Shown: positions 9,422 to 21,262 of the stretch, one piece after another
Position numbering within the stretch: the first letter of the stretch is position 1
Layout: every line of letters begins with the position of its first letter
NCBI GenBank assembly: GCA_047495785.1
Contig: JBLDXI010000010.1
Span: 1-64,000 of the forward strand
Source of the DNA: Lepidodermella squamata
Lineage: Eukaryota; Animalia; Gastrotricha
DNA length: 64,000 nt
Reading direction: 5' to 3'
Position numbers and translations under genes: made by a program
The notes under the pieces: model-generated
Databases searched by the model: none
What the model was told of the DNA's origin: nothing
Seen by the model: only the letters and a program-made list of their open reading frames with translations

Positions 9422-10985
9422 CACTGCTAACGGGTGAAGTAACTACGGGAGGGTTCTCGGCCGAGGTTTGAGGACTTGTAGTTCTCGACCCTGGATTCGC
9501 GCCAGAATTTGTTGTTGAGGTGGACGTCGTTGTTTCAGACTTTGGCTGCTCCACCGAGTTCATGCGCCGCTTTCTCGCCGCCTCATCGCTAGGTGGTACG
9601 TGGAGTAAATGCGCCGATGCCATTTCCTGCTTACTAATATTGCTAAGGGCTTGAGCGATATGTTCGCTGTTGAAACCACTCGGGTGTAAGTGCAGGTGAG
9701 TCGGGTCGTGGTATTCTGACAGCCGCTTTCGAGGAGCGGACGGCTGCCGCGATAACGGGCTTGTCAAATGTTGATGCATCGCATGAGGTCTCATGTGCGC
9801 TAGAACAGCCGCAATAGCCGCTAGGCCGTCGCTTCCAATCATCGGGGTCGGCATTAAGGCGGCCTTCGGCGATTCCCGGAAACACCTCACGCCCTCCGTG
9901 AACAAATCCGACAACACGTGCCATTCGTTAGAATTAGCCCGCATTTCATACTCGAGGAATCGATAACCATTTCCGATGGTAACTTGCAAATCCAGCCCGT
10001 TTGACGATGTCCCAGAATGCGAGACAGTATCAGCAGCCATTTTTCGAACCGCGGCCGTCACGGTTGGGTAGACATTGCTCGACGCTAGCGGGTATTGCAC
10101 CATAGTCCGAAGCTCGTAAGACGGTGTTGATGACGCTTCTTTATCAGCAGGTTGGCGTTGAACGACTAAACTCGCATCGACATGCACAACTCGCCCCCTC
10201 AGGCTTTGATCGCGCTTGTAACGAACTTCAAACGGCAGACACCGGCGTAGGGTGTCTAGAATTTCGTTGACATAAGCCGGGAAATCATTATTGTTATTGC
10301 TAGACGACGAGCTGGGCGGCGTCGGAAAAGCTGTGGCGGAGTTGGCAGCTAACGCGGCGGCGATTGAAAGTGGCGAAACGCCTTCGACCATCGCAGAATC
10401 CGACGCCCGGCCGCCGGCTGCAGCGGCCAGGGTCAGCGCAGCCGCGACAGCTGAATTCGCTGCGGACGCATCTTCAACGTACAAACTTGGCGGAGATTTG
10501 CTATTCATACTTAGAGATGTAGTCGTAGTTAACGGCCGGTGTTGCTGTTGCTGCATCTGCCCGGGTAGAGAGAACACCCTGGGAAACAACCCACCCCCAG
10601 GTCCATTGATTACCTTAGACTGTTGCGATTGAAATAAGCTAATCGGACCATTCGAGGTTGGCCCATTTTGAGATTTTATAACATTGTGCTGATCGTGATT
10701 TAAATGGATAGGGGTTGGTTGAAGTACGCCGTTAGAATGGCCATTTGTAGACGCATTTCCAGTACTGTTCATCATTTTTATGCCATTTTGAGTAGGCTGA
10801 TTAGGGCCAGTGTGGCTGCGTTTCATGTGGCGCGCTTGCTCCAAAACAAGTTCAATCCGATCTGAGCCTTCGTAGTTGACACAACCACGGCAAACCGGCT
10901 CGGAAAAGTCGTGAATCATCGCCCACGGCATGCGAGGTAAATCGCACAGAAAGCACTGCTGGCGTTGTGAGCGATTAGCCATCAT
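9417..10985 (-). CDS. IRF2BP: IRF2BP family transcriptional co-repressor, C-terminally truncated by the Polinton insertion
   Basis: N-terminal C4 zinc finger [30 protein letters not shown] and middle domain ([19 protein letters not shown]). The C-terminal C3HC4 RING is absent and the stop codon lies in element sequence. Confidence 0.92.
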   Translation of the reverse strand: MMANRSQRQQCFLCDLPRMPWAMIHDFSEPVCRGCVNYEGSDRIELVLEQARHMKRSHTGPNQPTQNGIKMMNSTGNASTNGHSNGVLQPTPIHLNHDQHNVIKSQNGPTSNGPISLFQSQQSKVINGPGGGLFPRVFSLPGQMQQQQHRPLTTTTSLSMNSKSPPSLYVEDASAANSAVAAALTLAAAAGGRASDSAMVEGVSPLSIAAALAANSATAFPTPPSSSSSNNNNDFPAYVNEILDTLRRCLPFEVRYKRDQSLRGRVVHVDASLVVQRQPADKEASSTPSYELRTMVQYPLASSNVYPTVTAAVRKMAADTVSHSGTSSNGLDLQVTIGNGYRFLEYEMRANSNEWHVLSDLFTEGVRCFRESPKAALMPTPMIGSDGLAAIAAVLAHMRPHAMHQHLTSPLSRQPSAPRKRLSEYHDPTHLHLHPSGFNSEHIAQALSNISKQEMASAHLLHVPPSDEAARKRRMNSVEQPKSETTTSTSTTNSGANPGSRTTSPQTSAENPPVVTSPVSSE

Positions 10986-13160
10986 GGCTTCGAGAGTTTC
11001 AAGTTCGAAAATTCATAATAAACAAGCTACCAAAACAAATGAGGATGAAAAGTTCAACGCGGCTATGTTAGGGGCCCTCGACATCACAACTGCCTTAATT
11101 AAAACCTATGGAAATGCTAATTCCCGTTGCTAACACCGCGTACCGAAAAAACGCGCCGAATCAGTTCACAACGATTTTAATTAATGCGACGGCCGCAAAA
11201 GCGAAATAAAACGCAGCCAAACGCAAAGTCCGGCAATGAGTGTTCCGGTAAAATTGCAGCAGAATTAAGTAATTTAAATTTCAAATTCGGACCACCCGTA
11301 GCGCATCAAAACATCGCATTCAGGAGTGTAATGCCTAAATTTTATTCGCAACTCTAATATATAATTTTACCCTAGCTTACGATACAAGATAGGTAGTAAA
11401 TTAACTGTTAGCTCGCAATCCTTATTAAAGGCGACAGTAATTTGCATGAAGTAGGCGAAAATCAGCAGAAGCCCGTTAAATGACAAGCATAGGTGATGAG
11501 CGAAACGCGGAAATAGCATGCATTCTGCAGGGGTGAATTCGCCGAAGGATTACAACGCTACTTTTCGCGATCATTTATCGTAATTTGAAATCTAACACCA
11601 ATTAATAACGCGTGTCATCAAGTTGTTTTAGTCGCAGAGCTCAACAGATCTCTTAAAAGCCTGAGGTAATCGAACGCAAAAAAGCGTGAAATGCATTACG
11701 CATTCGTCTAATTAAAAACTCCTAGACAAAGCGCTTAAAAAGAATCGAAAATTACACGCCTACAACGGCAAATTTACTTGTAATGATCAGCTGAGTAAAT
11801 TAATTTGCTTATAACGCCTAGCTAATTACTCTAATTAACAGAAGCGAGATATTATTAACGACACGCATCTCAGCGTCAATTGTCATGTTGACAGAACAAA
11901 GAATTATCTAAATTTTAAGAGAAGCTAAAATTAGACGGCTTTGACGTGTCTATTCATTCTAAATAAATAAACTAGCGGTTATAAACAGGCCAAGGGAAGG
12001 CGCGTGACTGGTTCCTATAAAAATGCAGGACACGCGGCCGCTTTTAGTCGGCCAGGCAATGACGACAGATGAGTGACGATATGCGTCGCGCAGGTTGAAA
12101 CTTTCGGCTAAAAATCGGGCCTCTCTAATATTCGTCTTATCGCGGTAATATTTCCGCGATAATAGCAGAAACACGCCACCAGTCACGCAACAATGGCAAC
12201 AGATGCTTCTTCGGTTGATTATTTATTATTGGTTTTGAGAAGTAAGTATACTTCACACAGGTAGATGAGGTCTTAGGTTCTATACTTGACTTACGTTTGC
12301 ATGAGAAGGAAGCGCGATCACGCAATAATGTGATGTCGATAAAGCGAGCGCCATCCGAACGTTATCATCACGCAACTTATTTTGGCTCAAAGCAGTAAAC
12401 ACGGTCCGAGATTTTTTTAATTAAGCCAAAATAAGCCCGTGACAATCATTTGCTTCCTCCTAGAATCGCACAAAAAAATATACCAATCCCTGCGGGGATT
12501 CTCTTATACGAACTGAAAGCCAATCCAATTATAATTGATATATTAAAAAACGAATGGGAGAAGGTATGGCTTCAGCTGAGAACAAATTTTTACAGCTGCC
12601 AAAGCGTTTCACGAAATTCATTTTTACACGCGTTTAGTCTTATTGCAGCGTAAATTACGTTATTTTCCTATACCGATGCGCCGTAAATATAAGCACATGA
12701 CGTCATTGCAGACGGTTTTTTAGAGTGGATAGAAAAAAATTAAGACCGCTGACGTTTGTTATTTCGCCAGTTGTTAACATATACGAATACTAGCATTCAT
12801 GTCAAAGAACGAAGGCGTGAAACAAGGTTTCGCATGAGCTTTCGCACACGTAAGTAAGCAGTTCTGCTATGGTAAGGCGACATAGCTTGAATCTGCAGTT
12901 GACAAGAAGAGCAAAAATAACAAAGTTTCGCACACCTTCTCACGTGATCTTAAAGAAGTAATCGCATCGCTAGAGCCAGAATATGCGATGTACATCAAGC
13001 TCAGTGCAGTTAGAGTTGTTTTCCTTGAGAGCAAGAAGTGCGATTTGTCCGTAAAAATAATCCTGACTAATTGAGGGACAAGATAAGAATTTCGAAACTT
13101 GAGAAAACAAATAAAGAATGGATATGTACTAACGACGTTCAATCGATCCTCAGCGAGATT

Positions 13161-14925
13161 TCAAAAATGCTGTGAGAGATCATATACGACATAAGATGAC
13201 GATGTAAGCCATTTTGCTGAATTAAGCTCGATCGTCCTTAATAAAACGTAAACCGAAAGCTAGTACAATTACTGTTTTTCCTTCCTTTTATACAATTTCG
13301 ATTAGACTGCTACGTATTCGGCAAAACAACGCAAATTAATTCCCGGATCGCACACCTTGCTCTACTTAATAGTAAACATGTTGCTTACCTGAGGCTTCTA
13401 GCCTTATTGCTTTTTGGCGTTCCGAACTCTCGTCCCGAATTTTCCGCTTCGATCAGGTGCTTCAAGAGATGTCCAGGCATATTTTCTGATATATTCAAGT
13501 CAACGCAAGGATCGGACCTGTAGGAATCTGAACAGGGCGCTGGTGCTTTTGTGTTTGGTCTTGGGGCAGGTGTAGCTTCGAAAGGTTCACGAATCTGAAC
13601 TGCTTTAGCAGTTTTCAAGACAGATGGGGGCCGAGCCTCTTCCGGTTGTTTCTTTTCCTCGAATCCCTCCAACAAAGTTATTAATCGTCGCTGTAAATGC
13701 GTCTGTTCAAGCTGCAATCCTTCCAATACGAGAAGACGCTTTTCGTTGAGACGCGTTATTTCATTCGTATCTCTATCAGGTGAAAAGACTTGCGGCTTCT
13801 GTACTCTGGTTAGCACCTCAATTGTTGATTCAAGACCCTTCAGGCGATTAGTGAGATCGTGAATTATCGCCTCCATCTCAATGTACTTGTTATCACACTC
13901 GCCTCTCTCGTAATCTTTCGATAAAAACGAATTGATGGCTTCTTTTTTCTTCGAATTCGTTTCTTTATGATTTTCAACATCCGATTTTTCATCATCGACG
14001 CTACTGTCGGCATCCTTTTCTTTTCGGGGTAAAGCAGAAACCGAGGTGAATTCTGAGCAAGATGACTAGAAAAGAAATCTTCCAATTATTTAGAAACTTT
14101 CCAAGAAATAAACTCACATTAGAAGAAGCTTTGTCGATTTCACCAGTTACAACATCGATGATGTTTTCTCGAACGTCAACTATTTCAACTGTTGAGGTAC
14201 CTGATATTGCTGACTCAGCGATAGACGAGCTGGGATTTGATTCATTACAGCTAGATCCGCTGTTTGATTCGACATTGGTAGTTTGATTTTCAATCACCTC
14301 GGACAGATTGAGCAACTTTTCTTGCGTAGATGGAGATTGATCTACTTGACTTGTAGCCTTCTCGTTTGGGACTGACGTATTGAATTTTGATTGATCGGCG
14401 ATTGCGTCCACTTCTCGCAAACTGGCTATACGTTTTTGGACGGCATCGGCGTCCAGCTCTTTTAATAATCCTTTGGGAATTTTAACAACCACCTGGCTCA
14501 TGGATTCATCTTTTGCACGGTCATATTTAGTGTTCATTTTCGCAAATGAAACAGTCTTTCGAGACGGTGGCGTACTTTCCGACGTATCTGACGAAGACGT
14601 CACACGCTCAGTAAGAATAGAAATGCTAGCCATTGGCTGATCTGTAAATCGCCGCAAAATTGACGAAGCGGTGGAACTGGCTGATGATGCAGCACTTGTT
14701 GGGTGGAATTCGCCCGCCGATAGCGGTGTGGAGGCACTGGATTCATTGCTCGAACCAGACTAGTAATGAGAAACAATTGCTGTTTCACAATAATATTCCT
14801 TCAGAGACTCAAAATACCTGCAAATATGAGCTGGCTGGGCCGACTCGCGAGTTTCCCCTTCCGGGCTTAATTGATGAACTCACATCGAACAGGCCTAAAA
14901 TCTGTTCCGCTTGATCGGAATTCAT
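13161..14925 (-). CDS. Uncharacterised multi-exon gene (Ser-rich, coiled coil, possible RVxF motif KTVSF)
   Basis: The 218 aa and 163 aa ORFs can be joined by short GT-AG introns. First exon MNSDQAEQILG..., last exon ...VYDLSQHF*. Exon structure inferred by eye. Confidence 0.5.
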
Positions 14926-15882
14926 AATGATAACACAGCCTATAAAATTTAGCATAAAAGAAGAGTGGTTAGTCATTAGAGAACATCACGCCATTGCAAT
15001 GCAATGGGGAAGATGAGCAATGGGTAACAATAAATATCTTTATTTAGCCCCGATAGAACCGTCCTCTCACCTCATGCATCTGATCGACGAATGGAACGAT
15101 CTCTCTCGCAAAGTTGTATCGCAACGTGTCAACAGAAGTGCATAACAGAAATAAACACTCTAGGCCTGCCATGAAATCGCTTTAACCAAGGCTGAACATT
15201 GTTTTGTAAATAAAAAAGCCGTTTTGCCACTGTCAAGTACCACTTTCGGTTTTGGTTTTAAGGAATGCGAAGGCTGATCATCACTCAAAAACAGTTTAAT
15301 CGTGGAAGTTGAATATATTGGATCCAGTTCCCAGCAGATGCGATAGTAGAAAGGGGGAAATTAACGATACGAATAGTAAGCGAAGCGTGTCTTCATAAGA
15401 CAAACTTCAAATTTCGCGCTTGTTGCTAAGAAAATTACAAACGTTGTAACAAAAAAAATTATTTATAAAAAACAAAAATGTACAAATCTGTATATTTTCA
15501 GTTACAAGGTCAAAGAGTGGCGCGCAAAATAAAAAAGTAACGAGAGGTAACGGAGGCCCTTTTCGCACCTGATTGAATGGACCGCTGAAGTCTGTCTGAG
15601 TTACCGCATTGATACCGATTGATCGACGAGTTATCTGCTGTCTCCTAAATTAATATGTAATTGAGCCAAAGCTTGGAATTTGAATATGTCTTTAAATTTA
15701 CAGTACTGGTTATCCGTTATCCTTAAATTAGAACAACAAATGTTAAGTTTAGAGTTGTGATTGTTGATTGCTAGATCGCGAACTTATCTGTAACCGTATC
15801 GAGTTTCTGGTTAAAGGGGCAGACTTTGATCAATCCCTATCATAGTGCAATCCACGTCGAAGTCACGAGCGCACTTCTCATA

Positions 15883-15978
15883 CCGTAGTTACCGAAATAC
15901 AAGCCTAGGCGGCACCTCTTTGTCGGCACTTTGATGTTCTTTGTAGTGCCGCCTAGGCTTGTATTTCGGTAACTACGG
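15883..15978. mobile_element. 96 bp MITE with ~33 bp TIRs and TA target duplication (pogo/Tc2-type ends)
   Basis: TA|CCGTAGTTACCGAAATACAAGCCTAGGCGGCAC...GTGCCGCCTAGGCTTGTATTTCGGTAACTACGG|TA. Confidence 0.8.
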
Positions 15979-16518
15979 TATATTAGTGATTGTATTATGT
16001 TCTATTGTTCTGTGCGCGCGCGCGCATCATGTTACGCGATCAGGCGCACATGCTCGCTCCGCTCGCATGGTAATGGTGCTTGTGACTTCTCCGTGGATTG
16101 CTTATTTAGTAAAACCGGACTTTGATTGCCCTTGCACTTTCATCGACTATTTGAGTCTGGATTCAATGCTCTACATATTTGAACTCCGCTGTGACCCTCA
16201 AAGCCTTAATTTTTAAAACTGGTGGCCTGAAATAATATCAAAGTTTCACGTTTCGAATGTTGTATTGATGGGGGGTCATATCTGGTAGAGGTAAGTGGTG
16301 TTCAAGAACTAAGAATGCGGATTCAATCGTTCACCGTTTACTTCCGTGTGAGTTACTTCGTCCCGTATGATTTTGAAGTCAATTAGCCAATTTGAAATTT
16401 TGCGAAATCGTGACGGAGCGTGCCCTCTTTGCTGAATGAGAGAAACCCTTTATTGTGTTAGTTATAGGCTATTGTATTGTATTATAAGTGTCACACGTTA
16501 GAACAGCGTTTCACTGCA

Positions 16519-16780
16519 TTAGCCTAAGAAGGTCACAACATCCACAATTTTTCTCCAGTCATCACGGTTGGCAGCCACTTTTCTCATTCTGATCAGGTCT
16601 TTTGGGCATACGATAGCTTTAGGCAAACCCGGGTTTTCGATTGCCAGGATAAGACTGTAGGCGTGGTCATGGCGGACACGATAGACATCGTTGAGTTTCT
16701 TCATCTCTTGACTGATCAGTTTCGGCAGTGTAACTCGAGCTCTGCCGAGGTGCTTCTTCTTACCGGGCTTGACGTAGTCT
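16519..16780 (-). mobile_element. 3' end of a non-LTR retrotransposon ORF (RTE/L2-like C-terminus)
   Basis: KKHLGRARVTL..DLIRMRKVAANRDDWRKIV resembles the GRP..T..DL..A.DR..WR tail of LINE RT ORFs. Confidence 0.5.
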
Positions 16781-17266
16781 GAGGTTTTCTTAAAATGTGT
16801 TTCTGATTAACTCACATGCCTGCAGTCGCCAGCCGGCCTCGGGTGAATGAATCTTTACGCGAACGCCAGAGGCGTCGCGCCATCTTCACGATCGGAACCC
16901 AGAACACTAACGTATAGGCTATGACCATCTTTATTATTTAATTAATAGCGGTTTGATGTTGTAATATGAGTCGATACCAGTAGTGGCCGCAACAACAAGG
17001 GCTGAGGGCTGGGCTACGCACCCCGCGGAAAAAGCCGTAGCACCGCGGCTTGACACTTGAAGTTACACCTGCTTGATTCTTCATACTTCATATATGCTTC
17101 TTATATGCTTCATTTAATGGTCCTCGTAGCTTTAATGTTTCGTAAGATATCCTTAGTTCTAGCAATTCTCTGATTTACTTCTGCGGCTTAAATATCACTA
17201 TTTTTTTGGTAGAAACCGCACCTAGCGATCGGTTATTTTATTAGGATGCGAATTTCAAATAAAAAT

Positions 17267-18411
17267 TCAATAAGAATAAAATTTGCTAATATTTCTTTCG
17301 CAGGTCAACACCGCATTAATGAAGTAGTTCTGATCACATATTGCATCAATCATATCAGCTTGTTTATAAAACACATTTTCCAAAGCAGGTATCTCCTCGA
17401 GAGCAAGATCTCTAAACTTCTCATTCTTTTGCTCGCGAAAGTTGACTATTGAATCTACCTCCCACGTTCTGATGTTGTCATCGAACATTATATGATAACA
17501 TGGCTTTCCGGCAGAATTGACCGGCGGTTCATCCTTGCATACCCAAAACGGTTTACCGGCAATTGTATTGAAATCTTGACTGTGCCAAAATCCAAAGTCA
17601 TCCTTAATTGCCGTGATTCCACTAGATGAACCCATCCAATTTAGTATATTTCGCTCTCCCTGGCAAACCAGCTCATTAGTATCCGAATTATAAATTGCCA
17701 TGCCATTTCGCCCGTTTTCATCAATGTCACGTTTGAAGTTGAAGACTGCATTGCACAGGTCGATGGAGCCTAAGCCATCGGGAAATTCTGGGTGTTGCTT
17801 GTTCAAAGTCGATTGGAATGCCAATAAAGTTCCTTTAGCATCGATGCCAAATGTTCGAAGAATTATCGCGAAATCCCTATGAGTATCAGTGAGGTAGCGG
17901 ATGAGGTTGAGGAATGATTTGAAGATGTAATGATAGTCCTGCCCATCGAGACCCTGCGCGGTTATCGAATCATCTCGGGCATGTTTCCATTTCAGATTCG
18001 CGAGGCATTTGTCAAAGACTGCTTTATAGCGAAACCCAATTGGCTCGTTGACAAAATTTCCGGCTGCCAGTCGTAAATTTGCTCGCTCGATTTCAGATTT
18101 AATATCAACTGATTGCTCGAGGTATTTGTAATACGTTACAGCACCTGTGAAATAGCTTTAATTGATGTTAAGACCTAGCTTAGCTTTAACTTGCCTGGAC
18201 ATGGCGGCTTCAAACTTGGCTGTTCCGATATTGGTTGCCACATATTTGTTTCCTCATCGATTTCGCCCCATACAACTCCGGTCAAGTAGGCGTTAATTCC
18301 TTGCTCGACTAATAAGTGACCAATGGAGTCAGCAGCGAATAATGTGTTGCGTATATCCACGTGTAGTATCAACTTCGGTTTGGATTCTGAAGGATTATCG
18401 TCTGTGGTCAT
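17267..18411 (-). CDS. Uncharacterised protein with HAD-like motifs (probably 2 exons)
   Basis: KLILHVDIRNT near the N-terminus, IILRTFG, and HIMFDDNI near the C-terminus. Short intron near 18146-18193. Confidence 0.65.
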
Positions 18412-18680
18412 CTGTATAGCAGTGAAATTGCCGCTACGCAGTTCAGCTATACAAAATAATGAAAGCACCTTTCGGCTAGTGCTTGCACGTGTATTGATTC
18501 ACAGCTCAGTTGGTAGAGCATTCATCATTTTTACGCCTCTATTTATGTTTTATTGATGCAAATCAATAGAAGCTTTTGTTTTCGATCGACCCGCACGCCA
18601 TACTTCGCTTGTATCCGAGTCAAATGAAAATACCGTCTAATATTGAAAACTGCCCGCAGAATTATTAATAGGATTTTTTA

Positions 18681-21095
18681 ATGGCGGTTGAAGAATTGCG
18701 TGAGTCACTTCGATTCCTGGGCGTGGAGAATGTTGACGAGGACATTCTCGCCTCAAGTATGTTTATATATAAAAAAAACTTGATATATTGTATACTTAAG
18801 ATGATTCATTTTCTTAGTGGTCGAAACTGCAGCTGTTCATGGCATGAAGCCGGCTGAAATGGGTGACGCATGGACAGCTCATTCGCTGAATAATAACAGC
18901 GCAGTCTTGAATTTCGACAACTGGATGGCCTATAAAACAGAACTAGGACGTCAAAAGGCGAATCGATTGAATCGAAAGCGAGGCAGTGTAGCCATTTCAA
19001 GTCCGGCAGTTAACTCGCCTGCGATTAACAAGTCGATGCAAACGCCTCTCGCCCCGAAAACTCCATTAGCGCCCATTCACCCATCGCTTTTCCAGCAGCA
19101 AGAAATAACCGAGTCGCCAATGTCCACTGATCCTGCTGCAGTTGGAACGTCGGTTTTTCAATACACGATGGCTGGATTGCCCGATGATTCTCCTGCCTTG
19201 GTTATTGAGGAGAAGTGGTGGGGTTCGGCCCAGCGAGAACCGCCCGCATCCAGCGTGCACGTGATCAAAAAAGCGCCTTATCCATTCCGATATATGCTGC
19301 AAAAGCCTTCGGAAATCGTTCTAGGTCAGAGTTGAATATTGATTTGAAAGGAGTAAAGAAAATGAAAAAAATGTAATGAAAAAGATCAAAAATCTGAAGG
19401 CGAACGAAAATTTGACAAGGAAGGGAATTTATAATTTATTGTTTATTTTTCAGCTTTAAACGATCATTTGGAATGGCTTGAACGTGAAGGTTTTCCTCAG
19501 CCAGCGGATAATAAAAACGGCGAGACAAAAGCCGAAGAGGCTCCAGAATCCCAGGCCCCGAATAACGGAGTTCCTGAGCCTGTGAAGATAGTTGGTCGAT
19601 TGGTTGTAGCGTGCTCTTCTAATGAAGCCCATGAAGGAAATGGATCCGGCGTATCACTGCAAGGCACCCTAGAAGCGTCTGCCGGCGCTGAGACACCGTT
19701 ACAAGTACTTCCTAGTGCTATTAATGGCTTCAGTGTTTGCCAAGGACAAGTTGTCTCTGTGACTGGAAATCAAGCCCAGACCTCCCGGAAGTTGTTTGTG
19801 GTGGAGAAAATTCAATTACCTTTGCTGCCACCGCCTTACATATCGAATTCCCCGACAAAGGAAAATGATTTCGTTGTGATGATTGCTTCGGGCCCTTTTT
19901 CGAGCTCCAACCAAAAATCAGCTCCGACTGCAAACTACAACGGCTTGGCGCAACTTATTCGCCAGTACAACCCGACCGTTGCAGTTTTGATAGGGCCCTA
20001 TGGAACTGTTGGACTTGAAGCAGCACTTGCCCGCGATCTCGGCCAGGTCGCTACCGTCACGACAAAATTCATTCTCGTTCCTGGTCATTCTGATTTACCG
20101 TGCGATACGCCGCCTGTTTATCCAACACCGCCTCTTACCAGCTTACACATTCCAGCTGGCACTGTTTTACCACCTGACCCTGCTGTGGTCGATGTGAACG
20201 GAGCAATGATCTGCGCTACGTCTCTCGACGTTCTTCGGCATTTGGGTTCGTTACATTTAATTATTCGTTTATTTCGAAGTTTCGAAGTTGTTCGATGAAA
20301 GTAAAATTTTTTTGAATTTTCCTTATCGCGAGGATTTAACGTGACCAATCAATTAATCAATTCGTAAATTTTGCCTGTTTTCAAACTGATGCTCAATTTT
20401 GAAGATTTCGGGTTCTCTTTTCTTCGTATTTCGGGTATAAGACTAGAATTTCGATCATCAGCTTGAGACACGGAAAGTCTAAAATAGATGAAGCAAGTTC
20501 AAAAGTTCGAAGACTGGCTAAATTTTACGATTCTATTTTCGAAGAAAACCCGTAAACTCCGATGGTTACGGTTTAGTAATTTTCCGTTTTTTTAGCCGGT
20601 ATGACCGAATTTCTTCGGATTTTTTTTCAAGTTCCATAGTTTCAGAATTTAGTGATATTATAAATTTTCGCAGCTATAAAGGCAGAAATCGGCTATCATT
20701 CGAGACTTCATTTGAAAATAATTCCTTTTTCCACTTCAGCCACATCGGAGCTTCATCTTGGTGGCGCTGCTGGCGGCGGGGGAGATCGTCTCGCTCGACT
20801 TGCGAGCACTTTAATCTATCAACGCTGCATGTATCCTCTTTACCCGCATGCTCCTACTGTACCTGTCGACTGGCCATTGTGGCGCAAACTCGCAACTATC
20901 CCTAATTTGCCCTCTCTGATGATTCTTCCATCCGATCTGAACCCTTTCATCGCCCCATTTACGCCGGTGGGCGATAAACCTACCAACCCTACCCTTATAG
21001 TGAATCCAGGCCGCGTTTCTCGTCGACGAGCTGCAATCGTTCGTTGGTCGGCCAAGGACCAAGCTTTCACTGCCGGTCGCATCGTGCGCGTTTGA
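18681..21095 (+). CDS. POLA2: DNA polymerase alpha subunit B (multi-exon)
   Basis: FRYMLQK, SLQG..QGQVV, ASGPF, LVP, YPTPP, PDP, DVLRHLG, DRLARL..QR.MYPLYP, ILPSDL.PF and VNPGR appear in order. Short GT-AG introns. Confidence 0.9.
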
Positions 21096-21262
21096 TTTTG
21101 TCGTCTCAAATTTGCTCATCTCATTATTGCATTGCCATGTGTTTCCCGGTTTTAACTCGCTGTCAATTAAGATTTTGTTTTACCAGAAATAAAGTGCGCT
21201 GCTTTCACTGTATAATTGTTTTGTTAGAGTGGTTTTAAGCTACTGATTATGCGAAAGAAGAA

